From positions 1-64,000 of the forward strand of contig OZ176057.1 in NCBI GenBank assembly GCA_964247055.1: a stretch of DNA of 64,000 nucleotides, read 5' to 3'. Positions 1 to 11,894 of the stretch are shown in pieces. The stretch is from Paragordius varius. Lineage: Eukaryota; Animalia; Nematomorpha. Within the stretch, counting starts at the first letter, position 1. The number at the start of each line of letters is the position of its first letter. The translations under genes were made by a program, and so were the position numbers. Below the pieces are notes generated by a model. That model saw nothing but the letters and a program-made list of their open reading frames with translations, had not been told where the DNA came from and did not search any database.

Positions 1-1
1 C

Positions 2-42
<41 letters not shown>

Positions 43-3000
43 CCCTAGACCCTAACCCTAACCCTAACCCTAACCCTAACCCTAACCCTAACCCTAACCC
101 TAACCCTAACCCTAACCCTAACCCTAACCCTAACCCTAACCCTAACCCTAACCCTAACCCTAACCCTAACCCTAACCCTAACCCTAACCCTAACCCTAAC
201 CCTAACCCTAACCCTAACCCTAACCCTAACCCTAACCCTAACCCTAACCCTAACCCTAACCCTAACCCTAACCCTAACCCTAACCCTAACCCTAACCCTA
301 ACCCTAACCCTAACCCTAACCCTAACCCTAACCCTAACCCTAACCCTAACCCTAACCCTAACCCTAACCCTAACCCTAACCCTAACCCTAACCCTAACCC
401 TAACCCTAACCCTAACCCTAACCCTAACCCTAACCCTAACCCTAACCCTAACCCTAACCCTAACCCTAACCCTAACCCTAACCCTAACCCTAACCCTAAC
501 CCTAACCCTAACCCTAACCCTAACCCTAACCCTAACCCTAACCCTAACCCTAACCCTAACCCTAACCCTAACCCTAACCCTAACCCTAACCCTAACCCTA
601 ACCCTAACCCTAACCCTAACCCTAACCCTAACCCTAACCCTAACCCTAACCCTAACCCTAACCCTAACCCTAACCCTAACCCTAACCCTAACCCTAACCC
701 TAACCCTAACCCTAACCCTAACCCTAACCCTAACCCTAACCCTAACCCTAACCCTAACCCTAACCCTAACCCTAACCCTAACCCTAACCCTAACCCTAAC
801 CCTAACCCTAACCCTAACCCTAACCCTAACCCTAACCCTAACCCTAACCCTAACCCTAACCCTAACCCTAACCCTAACCCTAACCCTAACCCTAACCCTA
901 ACCCTAACCCTAACCCTAACCCTAACCCTAACCCTAACCCTAACCCTAACCCTAACCCTAACCCTAACCCTAACCCTAACCCTAACCCTAACCCTAACCC
1001 TAACCCTAACCCTAACCCTAACCCTAACCCTAACCCTAACCCTAACCCTAACCCTAACCCTAACCCTAACCCTAACCCTAACCCTAACCCTAACCCTAAC
1101 CCTAACCCTAACCCTAACCCTAACCCTAACCCTAACCCTAACCCTAACCCTAACCCTAACCCTAACCCTAACCCTAACCCTAACCCTAACCCTAACCCTA
1201 ACCCTAACCCTAACCCTAACCCTAACCCTAACCCTAACCCTAACCCTAACCCTAACCCTAACCCTAACCCTAACCCTAACCCTAACCCTAACCCTAACCC
1301 TAACCCTAACCCTAACCCTAACCCTAACCCTAACCCTAACCCTAACCCTAACCCTAACCCTAACCCTAACCCTAACCCTAACCCTAACCCTAACCCTAAC
1401 CCTAACCCTAACCCTAACCCTAACCCTAACCCTAACCCTAACCCTAACCCTAACCCTAACCCTAACCCTAACCCTAACCCTAACCCTAACCCTAACCCTA
1501 ACCCTAACCCTAACCCTAACCCTAACCCTAACCCTAACCCTAACCCTAACCCTAACCCTAACCCTAACCCTAACCCTAACCCTAACCCTAACCCTAACCC
1601 TAACCCTAACCCTAACCCTAACCCTAACCCTAACCCTAACCCTAACCCTAACCCTAACCCTAACCCTAACCCTAACCCTAACCCTAACCCTAACCCTAAC
1701 CCTAACCCTAACCCTAACCCTAACCCTAACCCTAACCCTAACCCTAACCCTAACCCTAACCCTAACCCTAACCCTAACCCTAACCCTAACCCTAACCCTA
1801 ACCCTAACCCTAACCCTAACCCTAACCCTAACCCTAACCCTAACCCTAACCCTAACCCTAACCCTAACCCTAACCCTAACCCTAACCCTAACCCTAACCC
1901 TAACCCTAACCCTAACCCTAACCCTAACCCTAACCCTAACCCTAACCCTAACCCTAACCCTAACCCTAACCCTAACCCTAACCCTAACCCTAACCCTAAC
2001 CCTAACCCTAACCCTAACCCTAACCCTAACCCTAACCCTAACCCTAACCCTAACCCTAACCCTAACCCTAACCCTAACCCTAACCCTAACCCTAACCCTA
2101 ACCCTAACCCTAACCCTAACCCTAACCCTAACCCTAACCCTAACCCTAACCCTAACCCTAACCCTAACCCTAACCCTAACCCTAACCCTAACCCTAACCC
2201 TAACCCTAACCCTAACCCTAACCCTAACCCTAACCCTAACCCTAACCCTAACCCTAACCCTAACCCTAACCCTAACCCTAACCCTAACCCTAACCCTAAC
2301 CCTAACCCTAACCCTAACCCTAACCCTAACCCTAACCCTAACCCTAACCCTAACCCTAACCCTAACCCTAACCCTAACCCTAACCCTAACCCTAACCCTA
2401 ACCCTAACCCTAACCCTAACCCTAACCCTAACCCTAACCCTAACCCTAACCCTAACCCTAACCCTAACCCTAACCCTAACCCTAACCCTAACCCTAACCC
2501 TAACCCTAACCCTAACCCTAACCCTAACCCTAACCCTAACCCTAACCCTAACCCTAACCCTAACCCTAACCCTAACCCTAACCCTAACCCTAACCCTAAC
2601 CCTAACCCTAACCCTAACCCTAACCCTAACCCTAACCCTAACCCTAACCCTAACCCTAACCCTAACCCTAACCCTAACCCTAACCCTAACCCTAACCCTA
2701 ACCCTAACCCTAACCCTAACCCTAACCCTAACCCTAACCCTAACCCTAACCCTAACCCTAACCCTAACCCTAACCCTAACCCTAACCCTAACCCTAACCC
2801 TAACCCTAACCCTAACCCTAACCCTAACCCTAACCCTAACCCTAACCCTAACCCTAACCCTAACCCTAACCCTAACCCTAACCCTAACCCTAACCCTAAC
2901 CCTAACCCTAACCCTAACCCTAACCCTAACCCTAACCCTAACCCTAACCCTAACCCTAACCCTAACCCTAACCCTAACCCTAACCCTAACCCTAACCCTA

Positions 3001-3336
3001 ACCCTAACCCTAACCCTAACCCTAACCCTAACCCTAACCCTAACCCTAACCCTAACCCTAACCCTAACCCTAACCCTAACCCTAACCCTAACCCTAACCC
3101 TAACCCTAACCCTAACCCTAACCCTAACCCTAACCCTAACCCTAACCCTAACCCTAACCCTAACCCTAACCCTAACCCTAACCCTAACCCTAACCCTAAC
3201 CCTAACCCTAACCCTAACCCTAACCCTAACCCTAACCCTAACCCTAACCCTAACCCTAACCCTAACCCTAACCCTAACCCTAACCCTAACCCTAACCCTA
3301 ACCCTAACACAAACCCAAACCCTAACCCTAACCCTA
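1..3336. repeat. Telomeric array (CCCTAA)n, i.e. TTAGGG on the - strand; left chromosome end
   Basis: About 555 near-perfect CCCTAA units starting at base 1, with the C-rich strand running from the end as expected for a left telomere. Variant units CACAAA and CCCAAA at 3308-3319, just before the junction. Confidence 0.99.
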
Positions 3337-3538
3337 TAGCAGTATAAAAATTGACGCAGTACTGGCGCATTTTTTTTTAAAAAACTGGCTCAAGGGCCCC
3401 GTTTACCATATAAGAAAATATTTTATAATGGTTTATTAGCTGCTATGCAGATAATATCTATATCAGCACAACAAATTTTTTTGCAAGTTGTTATAAAAAT
3501 CGAAGCTAAAATCCTTTTCCTACGTACCATTTACTAAA

Positions 3539-3772
3539 CAGTAAAAAATGAAATACGGACAAAACGTAAAAATTAGAGGATAAATATTTTTTTCTTGAAG
3601 ATAACCATACTTTTTTAGACCTTGTTTCCTACAGCTATTTACCAATCTACATCTATCGAAATTTCGCAATCTAAAAAGATGTTATCCAAAATAAAAAAGT
3701 ATATAATTCTCTTTTAGAAAAAATAATTGTCTTCTAATTTACGTTTTATCCGTATAATCTAAATTTCTACTG
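3539..3772. mobile_element. MITE (family A), CAGTA...TACTG termini, probably Tc1/mariner-derived
   Basis: Long imperfect TIRs (TACGGACAAAACGTAAA / TTTACGTTTTATCCGTA). Related copies recur through the window, several preceded by TA. Confidence 0.7.
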
Positions 3773-4309
3773 AAAAAAATAATATATAACATCTCTATAT
3801 AATTACATATGTGGACCCATTTTATTAATTACCAGCAATTTTTATGGTATAACTAGGGATGTGCGCTTGACTACTTTTACAAAAAAGTCCGGTCAGACCC
3901 AGTCAGACCATGGTCATCGTCATGACCACTTTTTATTTAAATAAATATCATCCGATATTGGATTGCGAAAATATTGTTCGTACGACACTTGCGTTTCACT
4001 AATAAGGTCATCTTAAAAGTTTATACATTTCTATTAATTATTTACAAATATTTTCATAAAATTTAATCAAGTATTTTGTTTTAAAATAAATTTTGCCACA
4101 TGTTTGTGCCCTTCTAAATCTTTAAATACATAGCTTTTAATACTGGATATTTCAAATGAAATTTTACCTATTTTTTTTTACAATTTCTCTCATCATTGAA
4201 TCCCATTATAAAATGTTTTTTTTATTTTATTGGTTCACATATATGGAATAATTGCATATTTTGCAAAGTGCTCGATAGTTTTGTACATAAAAATAACTGG
4301 ATATGCTTT

Positions 4310-5440
4310 ACACCTCGTTTCAAATCGGGTTATCTTAATACCCCAGATTAAATTTGATTTAGTTTTTTTGAAAAACAACTGAAGATAACGGTCCCAATTT
4401 AAATTTATGCTTCTCTATTAATAAAAACAAATATGGCAAAATATCTAAAATTTTGGACGCCATTTTGATTTCACAAAATTTTTGCAAAATATCGTCTTCA
4501 TTTAATTTTAAGAATAAAATTATAGCTAATTCTATTTAAATTACATCTAACATTAATAGTAGTAAAAAAAGCTATTTATATTGCATTATTTTTCAATTTT
4601 ACCATTGCACACATGTCACGTAGACTAATTATTTACCTTTCGGTTTTAGCCTAAAATAAGTAATATCAGCTATTTTCGATTAAAATTTTTTGTCCATATT
4701 TTTTATAAAATTTAATTCTTAGTCGAATGACTAATATGAATGTGTTGTATCCAAGTGTTAATATAGCATAAAGATAAATCTAAACTAAAATATTTTTTTA
4801 CGATTATACAATATCAGGATTTTCAAAAATATACGCAATAATCACAATTTGGCGTCAAAATTTAAAAAAAAATTTTATTTTTGGCGATATAAAAGTATTG
4901 TTTTCTTTTTTATATGTAATTTAAGACATTTAGTGATTTTTATAGGATTATAAGATTTAGCCAGACAAAATATATTAGCACTTAGATACAACACATTTAG
5001 ATCAGTTTTTCAATTTAAATTGGGGTCGTTGTATACACCAGGCTTATTTAAAATTAATATAAAAAAATCAAAAATATGACACCAAAGCATAAAATTATAA
5101 AATTTATGAACGTGACATGTGTGCATAGGCTTAATATAAAAATCATGCAAAATAAACCACTTCTTTTATATTAATGTTAAATGTAATTTTAATAAAAATA
5201 ACTTTATTTTAGCCTTAAAATCTAAATAACATGAATTTATAAAATGTTGCAAAATAGAAATGCCGTCGATGTAGTTTGGTAAGGACCCTTTTTTTCAAAA
5301 CTAAATTTTAAATAGAAATTTTGTTATTCATATAATTTCTATCAAAAGCATTAATTTTAATTAAAAAGGTTTCTTCTAGTAGATATTTAAAAATATCAAC
5401 TTAAATATTTTATCGGGTTAGATAACCCAATTTGAATCGA
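4310..5440. repeat. ~1.1 kb imperfect inverted-repeat (foldback-like) element
   Basis: TTCAAATCGGGTTATCT (~4320) is mirrored by AGATAACCCAATTTGAA (~5410). TGCACACATGTCACGT with its flank (~4500-4620) is mirrored by ACGTGACATGTGTGCA with its flank (~5110-5220). Confidence 0.6.
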
Positions 5441-6663
5441 AGAGTTAAATTAAATGTGCTTGAGAGCCTATTTTAAATATGGTGCAGTTATAAGGCTGTA
5501 AACCATGAGTGTCATGATACTTTTTGTCAGAATATACCATTTACGATTCAAATTCACTCTCGAACAATTAAATTAATCTCTTGAACAATTCAAGAAAAAT
5601 AAATTATCTGTTTTCCGACTAATATAACTTATTATAAGTATAAAATATATTCTTATAGCATAGTTTATTTTCAGCATTATATTAATTTTATATAAAATTT
5701 CATTATTTTAATATAGTATAGACTAAACAGAAAATTTGTCTTGTCCGCTGCGTAATTAATCTGCTCTGAAAACGGATAGAAACTTATAAATAAAAAGACA
5801 TGCAAACTTTCACATTTTTTTATTTTGGTATGATACTCGTAAACTAAACCATCAGTATTTTTTTTACCGTTAGTAATCATTAAAGATACTAGCAAGTATT
5901 GAAAATATTAGCGAGTTAAATTTTACAAAGAATATTATATCTGTATTATTGTATATATATTTGTAGAGTATTGATAAATTATTGCCCAATGCTTCTATAT
6001 TCTTGCTTTTTTTATATAGGATGTAAGTTACTAAGTATCGCTTGGTTAATAAAACCCTATGTTTACATATTTATAAGATTTTATGAAAACAAAATTAGCC
6101 ATAAGATAAATCACAATGATAAACGATATCTTGTATTTACATAAATTATGATTTTTTAATCGCAATATACTATATAATATCTTATCTCAAACTATATATT
6201 ATAGCTATTTTTTTATGCCTGCTTTTTATATTTTTAAATTGAATTTACAAACACTACACATATTCACCATTCTATTTATACCATTCATTTATTTTTCATA
6301 AGCGCGCATTTATTTTAACCTTTATTCAAATCGATTATCATTATCTGTATTTGAATATACTCAGTTTAATTATATTTTTTCGCTTGGATTTCTTTAATAC
6401 CTTGTTAATTTTGAATTACTTTTATGCCGTTCCAGCTTTTTAAATTAGTCGTACCATTTTTAATCCCTATTTTCGCTTATTTTTAATTTTGCATCAAATT
6501 TAAATTTTTTTAATATGGAAATAATTAATTATTTTAATATGGAACAAATATTAAATTTTCTCTACAAATCTTTTTGTACCATTTTTGTCTTTCAATAAAA
6601 TTCATATTCGTTAAAGTATGTAATAATTTTCAAATATTTTTGATTACAGATGTAATATTCCAT

Positions 6664-6729
6664 AGGTCCATAATGTTATTTTTATTTTTGGAGATTTGGT
6701 CTTTCCCTGGCGTGTACACAGAAGTGGCC
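6664..6729 (+). pseudogene. U2: Degenerate, internally deleted U2 copy in the opposite orientation
   Basis: AGGTCCATAATGTTATTTTTATTTTTGGAGATTT matches the local U2 at 30/34 nt, Sm site included. It is followed by CCTGG..CAGAAGTGGCC, similar to the U2 end CCTGG..CAGGAGTGGCC, and by a similar 3' flank (ATTTGAAACATTTT vs ATTTAGAAACAATTTT). Weak similarity may extend to ~6610. Confidence 0.75.
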
Positions 6730-6862
6730 TGATAATGAAATACTATTTGAAACATTTTATAATTTTTTCTTAAGTTTTCGAGTTCTTTATAAGAACCTTA
6801 TCATTTTATAAACTTTTTCCAAAGTTAAAAAATTGTTTCTAAATTGATTTTATGATTGTGTT

Positions 6863-7013
6863 TGGGCCACTCCTGGAGGTACTGCAATACCAGGTTGACC
6901 CGATGGGGAGAGATAGGCAAGCCCAGAGCGCCTCCCCAAAATCTCCAAAAATAAATTTAATATCATGGACCTCTTTAGAGGTCGTATCAGATATTAAGCT
7001 GATAAGAACAGAT
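6863..7013 (-). ncRNA. U2: U2 snRNA gene, 3' fragment (remainder of the interrupted gene)
   Basis: The reverse complement reads ATCTGTTCTTATCAGCTTAATATCTGATACG, then stem IIb GACCTCT-AA-AGAGGTC, Sm site AAATTTATTTTTGG, stem III, and stem IV CCTGG-TATTGCAGTACCT-CCAGG. It continues the U2 sequence that stops at 12607, with one T missing. The 3' end is approximate. Confidence 0.97.
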
Positions 7014-7284
7014 TTTAATTTATTAATAAACAAAAAAAAAAAATATATATACATGTTTTAATATATGATTGTGATTTGTATATAGGTAAATATGAAGAAA
7101 TGCAATGCAAAGTTCACAATTTGATATGATTATATGTTAATGATTTTAATAAATGTTTATTATTTTAGTTTTTATTTTATGCTACTCTTTTACTAGTTCA
7201 CCCAAAAAAAACTCCTCAGTGAGGAGAAAAAATTTGAAGGAAGGTGGGGTGAACTGGAAACCGAAGAAAAATCTCGAAGAGAGA

Positions 7285-10200
7285 TTAAAAAACTTCGGAA
7301 GAAACCAAAGAAAAGGGGGCGCTGGAGGTTGTAGGCTCTTGGCTAGGAGCAGAAGTCGGAGTCAGAAAGGGGGGATTTGGTTGGGGCCGGATGGTTCCGG
7401 ATTTGAATTCGTGCCACAGCTCCGAGGACAAATGGATGGTAGAACTAATCATGAGTCTGCGGAGGCGCGGAATATCGTTCGCACGGCATAATTTTTTTAG
7501 GACAAGGTCGTTAGGAGGATACCAAGCCCCAAGGGCTCCGACAATTAACGGTAAAACTTCAACAGTATCGTTTTCTTTTTCGAAAAAGGATATTAGGGGA
7601 GAGTATTTTGATATTTTCGCTTCATGGGAACGGGTCAGACTAGCAAACTGGTTTTCAAAAGGGACACTGGCGTCGATAATATATAAAGCATTAGAAGATT
7701 TTAAGACCAAGTCAGGCTTTAAGGGGAAGGGGCGCACAAATTCGTCTTCAAATAAAATTTCAAAACCGTATTTTAAGTTATTTTTGAGGAGGGTTAGAAT
7801 TCGATTATGGCGGAATCTCCACGATTGGGAATATTGGAGGCAGTGGTTAAGGATATGGGGGAGGGTCTCTGGAAACTTACCACATCGCCGACAGGAAGGG
7901 TTTTTTTGTGAGCCTGGCCTACAGTTTATTGGGAGTAGGTTAAGTCGGGCACGGTGAATGAAATTCCAATCGCTAAAGGATGTATAAAGACCAGAAGAAA
8001 GGAAATGGGAACTGGCTTTGTGATGGTGGACAGCGTCAAGGACTTTACCTTGGCTGGGTGAGTTAAGAATTTCTTTTAGGTCTTCACTTTTTATTTGGGA
8101 GGAAATGGATTTTACGATGGCTTTCCGGGAGTTGGGGTCGATGCGAAAGTTTGAGCCTTCGATGAAAATAAGATTATCAGTAAAAACCCATTTTATATTA
8201 AGACGCGAAGAGGCCAGTCTGGATATTGAAAAAATATTGGAAACGCCAGATGCGGGCAGGTTGGAAACGCCGGATAGGAATTCGGATAGGTCAGCTTCAG
8301 TAGGAGAAGGAGTTTTAAAGCGCTGGCTAACCGTGAGTTTGAGTTCCTCTTTTGCCATTTCTGCAATAAGGGGGTCGGGACTAGTTAGGATTTTGTATGT
8401 GGAATCTATTTTATAGATATCGCATAGCGAAGAAAGGCGATTGAAACCTAGTCCCCCGGACTTTGTGTCGATATAAAAGTAAGCAGTCGCTGCACCTTGG
8501 GGAAGTGAAGTCAATGATTTAAGGTTTGCGCGAAGGTGAGTGTCGATTGAGGAAAGGTCGGATTTTAGTACCGATCCAAGACGAAGTTTGTGATGGGTGG
8601 TTGGCATAATAAAAAGTTTTAAGGCGTCGCATTTTTGCCATGGGGTCAGGGAAGATGATATAATTTTGTCAATTAAAAGGTTAAAGTTTGAAAGTTTGTC
8701 TGGAGCTATCAGAAACCCAACAGGTTTTCCCAGAAAATCATGGGATTCACCATCGAGGAGGCATGGGATAGGGTGGTCGTCAATAGATAAATGAAGGGGG
8801 CGCAACCCGTTGGGGTGGGGTTCGTAATTAAGGATTCGGGACTTTGATGGGTTAATTTTAATGCCAATAGAAGATAGGAAGGAGTGGGTAAGGGCAATTG
8901 CGCTTTTCAGAGAGTCGGGGCTATCAGTGATGATAGTTAGGTCGTCAGCGAAGGCCAAGCAGGAGGTGAGGGGTCGATTGTTAAGGGCTATGATAATGGG
9001 GTTAATACACAAATTAAAGATTAGGCCGGAAAGGGGGCACCCCTGCTTGATTCCTTTAAGATAGGGAATGGGGTCGGTCAGGTTTTTATCAATTAAAAAT
9101 TGGGTGGAAGAATTAAATAAAATGAAATTTAGAAGGCTTTCAAGGGGTGGGGGCAGGCCAAGGGACGATAAAATTTGGGTGCAGACAGGCAGGGGAATCG
9201 AGTCGAATGCGGCGGAAACGTCCAGCCATAGAAAGATGGTCTGGTGGTTCGCTGTACGGGCCTTCGACAAGCGGTTGGAAATGTAATAATCATGTTCCAA
9301 CACGCCGTCGAAGGGGGAAAACCCTTTTTGTTGAGGGGCGATAAGATTGTGGAGGGCTACGTGGTGGCTGAGGAATTTATGGATAATTTTAGCGAAGATT
9401 CGATATATTATATTAGAAATGGCGATGGGGCGAAAATTGGAGGGGTCGGAAGTGTCGCCTTTTTTATGAATTAAGATGGAAAAAGATTGAAGCCATGCTT
9501 TGGGGACGGTTTGGAGTAGAAGGCATGTTTCAAAGACCTTGGAAATAATCAGGAAGTTGGGGTCTATAAGGCGCCAATGAGAGGCGGACATACGGTCAGG
9601 GCCGGGCGTAGAATTTAAGCAGGCGTTGAGAGAGCTACTTATTAACTCTTTAGAGAATTCTGGAAATGGCATAGTTGGAGGGGGAGTGATATCGGGTATA
9701 GAATCAGGAGTATAATCAGAGGGGCCAAACCGGTTTTTAAAAAAGGAGAAAACATTATTTAAGGAAGCACTGCACCTAGATGGATTGGGATCAATTATGG
9801 AGCGGATGGCTTTCTTTTTATTTTTATTATACAAGCGGCGGAGATTAAGTTGGGGCATGCCATGGGATATAGGGTTTTCGAGTTTGAGACTGACTCTTGC
9901 TTCAAAGATTAGTTCGTCGTACACAGAATTGAATTCCTGGGCATTTGTGACGGAGGAGAGACGTTCAATTAATTGAGAGAGTGACAATCTGATGTTGTTG
10001 TAGTCAGGTCTGTTAGATGGCCGACTAGAAGAATTGGTGGAGACTCTTGTGGGTTCATCAGGTGTATTATCAGCAGTAGGAGGGTGTTGATTGGTGGGGG
10101 GTAGTTGTTTGATATTCGTCTTTGTTCTCTTCATCGTACGTTTGGGTGGTAATCGACTGTTGTTTGGGAGGATTAGACTCATCAGTGGGATTGGATCTGC

Positions 10201-11496
10201 ATTGGTTTGATTATTATTGTTACGATTGGCGTGAGGACTATCTGAGATGTTTTTAGTATTACTATTGTTGTGTTCTCGCCTGCTGGTATTGAGTTTTTCT
10301 TGATGGTGGATAATACGCGGATACCTGTTGTTGGGGACATCAGAATTGGTACGATTGTGGAAGTTATCATTAGGGGTGTCAACGTGGCTGTTATCTTTGT
10401 GTCCATTGGTTGTTTTGTTCACAGATAAAACCTCGTAACGGTTGGTCAAATCAATCAAGGTTGGGTTGTTCATGCGCCGTTTTAACCAAGCTGGAGAGTG
10501 TCTAGCTCTTTTAGCCGGTGGAGTTTTGGGTGAGGATTGATTGTGTAAACTGGAAGCTGATGTCATGAGACAAGGTTTAGGAGGACAGCTTGATAATTGG
10601 TTTTTGACGGGTGATGACATGTATGGAGATTCGCGATACTTGTAGAGAGGTGGAAGTGATAGACTCATGAGTGAGGGAATATTTCGTGGATTTCTTGGTG
10701 GGGTCATCATGAGATTATTAAAGGATGCCATTGGAACTCGTTGGATTGGAGTAAAATTTTTTGAAGGTTGGGGATTGCGAGTGACAAGTGGAGGATATTG
10801 ACTGCGTGAGGAAGGTAGGTGACCTAGATTGTGAGATATTCGTTGGCTGGGAGGGGTGTGATGAGCATGTGGAACCAAGTGCGATGAATTAGTCGGAGTG
10901 ACTGAAAGTGAATTTGGAGAGTAGAGCTGGAGATTAGATGTTGTTGGAAGTTGTGAATTTAAGGCCTGAGCGTAGGTTGGTCTGGCGTTCGGAGGATGGG
11001 GACTCCATGGTATAAGAACGGGGGAACGCCTCAGTGGGGGTGACCAGTGAAAAGGGGCACGGGATATGAGTGGAGAGACTGGGTGGATACGCCAAGGTTG
11101 CTGCTGGGATTGTCGATTAAGGTAGCTGTTAAAACCGAGAGAAGCTTTTTTATGCGTGTAAGTATGGTTTGCCAAACCTTGATTGCTGGGGAAGGATTCA
11201 GGACAGAGACGGCATTTGAAAGGGTTATTAGAATTTTTTAACATAACTCTATCCTTAAGACAGGGGTGGCGAGACGGTTTAGAAGATATATACTGTCTAC
11301 AAAGCGAGCAGAATTTGAAAACTTTTGTGATAAAAATATTATGATTTATTCTTAAATGGCGCAGAAGAGAGTGACGCGAGATGTACCATTCATGGCCCGA
11401 GAAAGATGCAGGGCATCCTGTTTCCGAGCAAAAAAACGTTTGGGGGATCGGGAATGAAATAAATAAAGAATTATTGTCTCTTTGCGGTTTGGACAT
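7285..11496 (-). CDS. Utopia ORF: three N-terminal zinc fingers, low-complexity linker, reverse transcriptase, CCHC knuckle, restriction-like endonuclease
   Basis: Zinc fingers CSETGC..RHLRINH, CSLC..HPC and CRLC..NHTYTH. RT motifs TPGPD, KKGD..NFRPI, QKGF, LDVSAAFDS, GIKQGCPLS and FADD. Knuckle CRRC..ETLPHILNHC, then RHN, KPDLV, IIDASVPFE and KISKY (PD-D/ExK). Uninterrupted reading frame. Confidence 0.97.
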   Translation of the reverse strand: MSKPQRDNNSLFISFPIPQTFFCSETGCPASFSGHEWYISRHSLLRHLRINHNIFITKVFKFCSLCRQYISSKPSRHPCLKDRVMLKNSNNPFKCRLCPESFPSNQGLANHTYTHKKASLGFNSYLNRQSQQQPWRIHPVSPLISRAPFHWSPPLRRSPVLIPWSPHPPNARPTYAQALNSQLPTTSNLQLYSPNSLSVTPTNSSHLVPHAHHTPPSQRISHNLGHLPSSRSQYPPLVTRNPQPSKNFTPIQRVPMASFNNLMMTPPRNPRNIPSLMSLSLPPLYKYRESPYMSSPVKNQLSSCPPKPCLMTSASSLHNQSSPKTPPAKRARHSPAWLKRRMNNPTLIDLTNRYEVLSVNKTTNGHKDNSHVDTPNDNFHNRTNSDVPNNRYPRIIHHQEKLNTSRREHNNSNTKNISDSPHANRNNNNQTNADPIPLMSLILPNNSRLPPKRTMKRTKTNIKQLPPTNQHPPTADNTPDEPTRVSTNSSSRPSNRPDYNNIRLSLSQLIERLSSVTNAQEFNSVYDELIFEARVSLKLENPISHGMPQLNLRRLYNKNKKKAIRSIIDPNPSRCSASLNNVFSFFKNRFGPSDYTPDSIPDITPPPTMPFPEFSKELISSSLNACLNSTPGPDRMSASHWRLIDPNFLIISKVFETCLLLQTVPKAWLQSFSILIHKKGDTSDPSNFRPIAISNIIYRIFAKIIHKFLSHHVALHNLIAPQQKGFSPFDGVLEHDYYISNRLSKARTANHQTIFLWLDVSAAFDSIPLPVCTQILSSLGLPPPLESLLNFILFNSSTQFLIDKNLTDPIPYLKGIKQGCPLSGLIFNLCINPIIIALNNRPLTSCLAFADDLTIITDSPDSLKSAIALTHSFLSSIGIKINPSKSRILNYEPHPNGLRPLHLSIDDHPIPCLLDGESHDFLGKPVGFLIAPDKLSNFNLLIDKIISSSLTPWQKCDALKLFIMPTTHHKLRLGSVLKSDLSSIDTHLRANLKSLTSLPQGAATAYFYIDTKSGGLGFNRLSSLCDIYKIDSTYKILTSPDPLIAEMAKEELKLTVSQRFKTPSPTEADLSEFLSGVSNLPASGVSNIFSISRLASSRLNIKWVFTDNLIFIEGSNFRIDPNSRKAIVKSISSQIKSEDLKEILNSPSQGKVLDAVHHHKASSHFLSSGLYTSFSDWNFIHRARLNLLPINCRPGSQKNPSCRRCGKFPETLPHILNHCLQYSQSWRFRHNRILTLLKNNLKYGFEILFEDEFVRPFPLKPDLVLKSSNALYIIDASVPFENQFASLTRSHEAKISKYSPLISFFEKENDTVEVLPLIVGALGAWYPPNDLVLKKLCRANDIPRLRRLMISSTIHLSSELWHEFKSGTIRPQPNPPFLTPTSAPSQEPTTSSAPFSLVSSEVF

Positions 11497-11894
11497 TTGA
11501 GTAATTAAATTAAAATGACATTAAGATAAATATGTATGTTGTGGGAAGGAGTCGGGGTAAGAATATCAAAAAAAAAAGGGGGAGATATGTGATAAAGTAT
11601 AAAATATCCATCAAAAAAAAATAAATTAAAATGAGCGATATGTATAATTAGAGTTGAAAATAAAGTGTGTACAGAAGATGGGTATATATAAAAATCAATA
11701 GTGATTAAGTAGCAATTATAATAAAAAAGTAAGGAAAGATAATAAAATATCATTTACCATAGATTAAAGAGCGTTATGTATACCATATGAAAGCAAGCTT
11801 ATTGAAGAACCAAGTGATGGGTGGTATAAATAAAATTTTTGAATTCATTAAATTTTGGGCTTGAGTGTGTTGTTATTTTCACGGAGAAATTTTC

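Noticed and set aside
20-3370. 1116-aa (LG)n ORF
   Set aside because: It is simply the translation of the TTAGGG telomere, which has no stop in that frame.
7153-11241. + strand ORFs overlapping the retrotransposon
   Set aside because: They are antisense shadows of the 1403-aa ORF and contain no motifs.
11505-11753. Hydrophobic upstream ORF in the Utopia leader
   Set aside because: Its composition is what T-rich UTR sequence gives by chance, and it has no motif.
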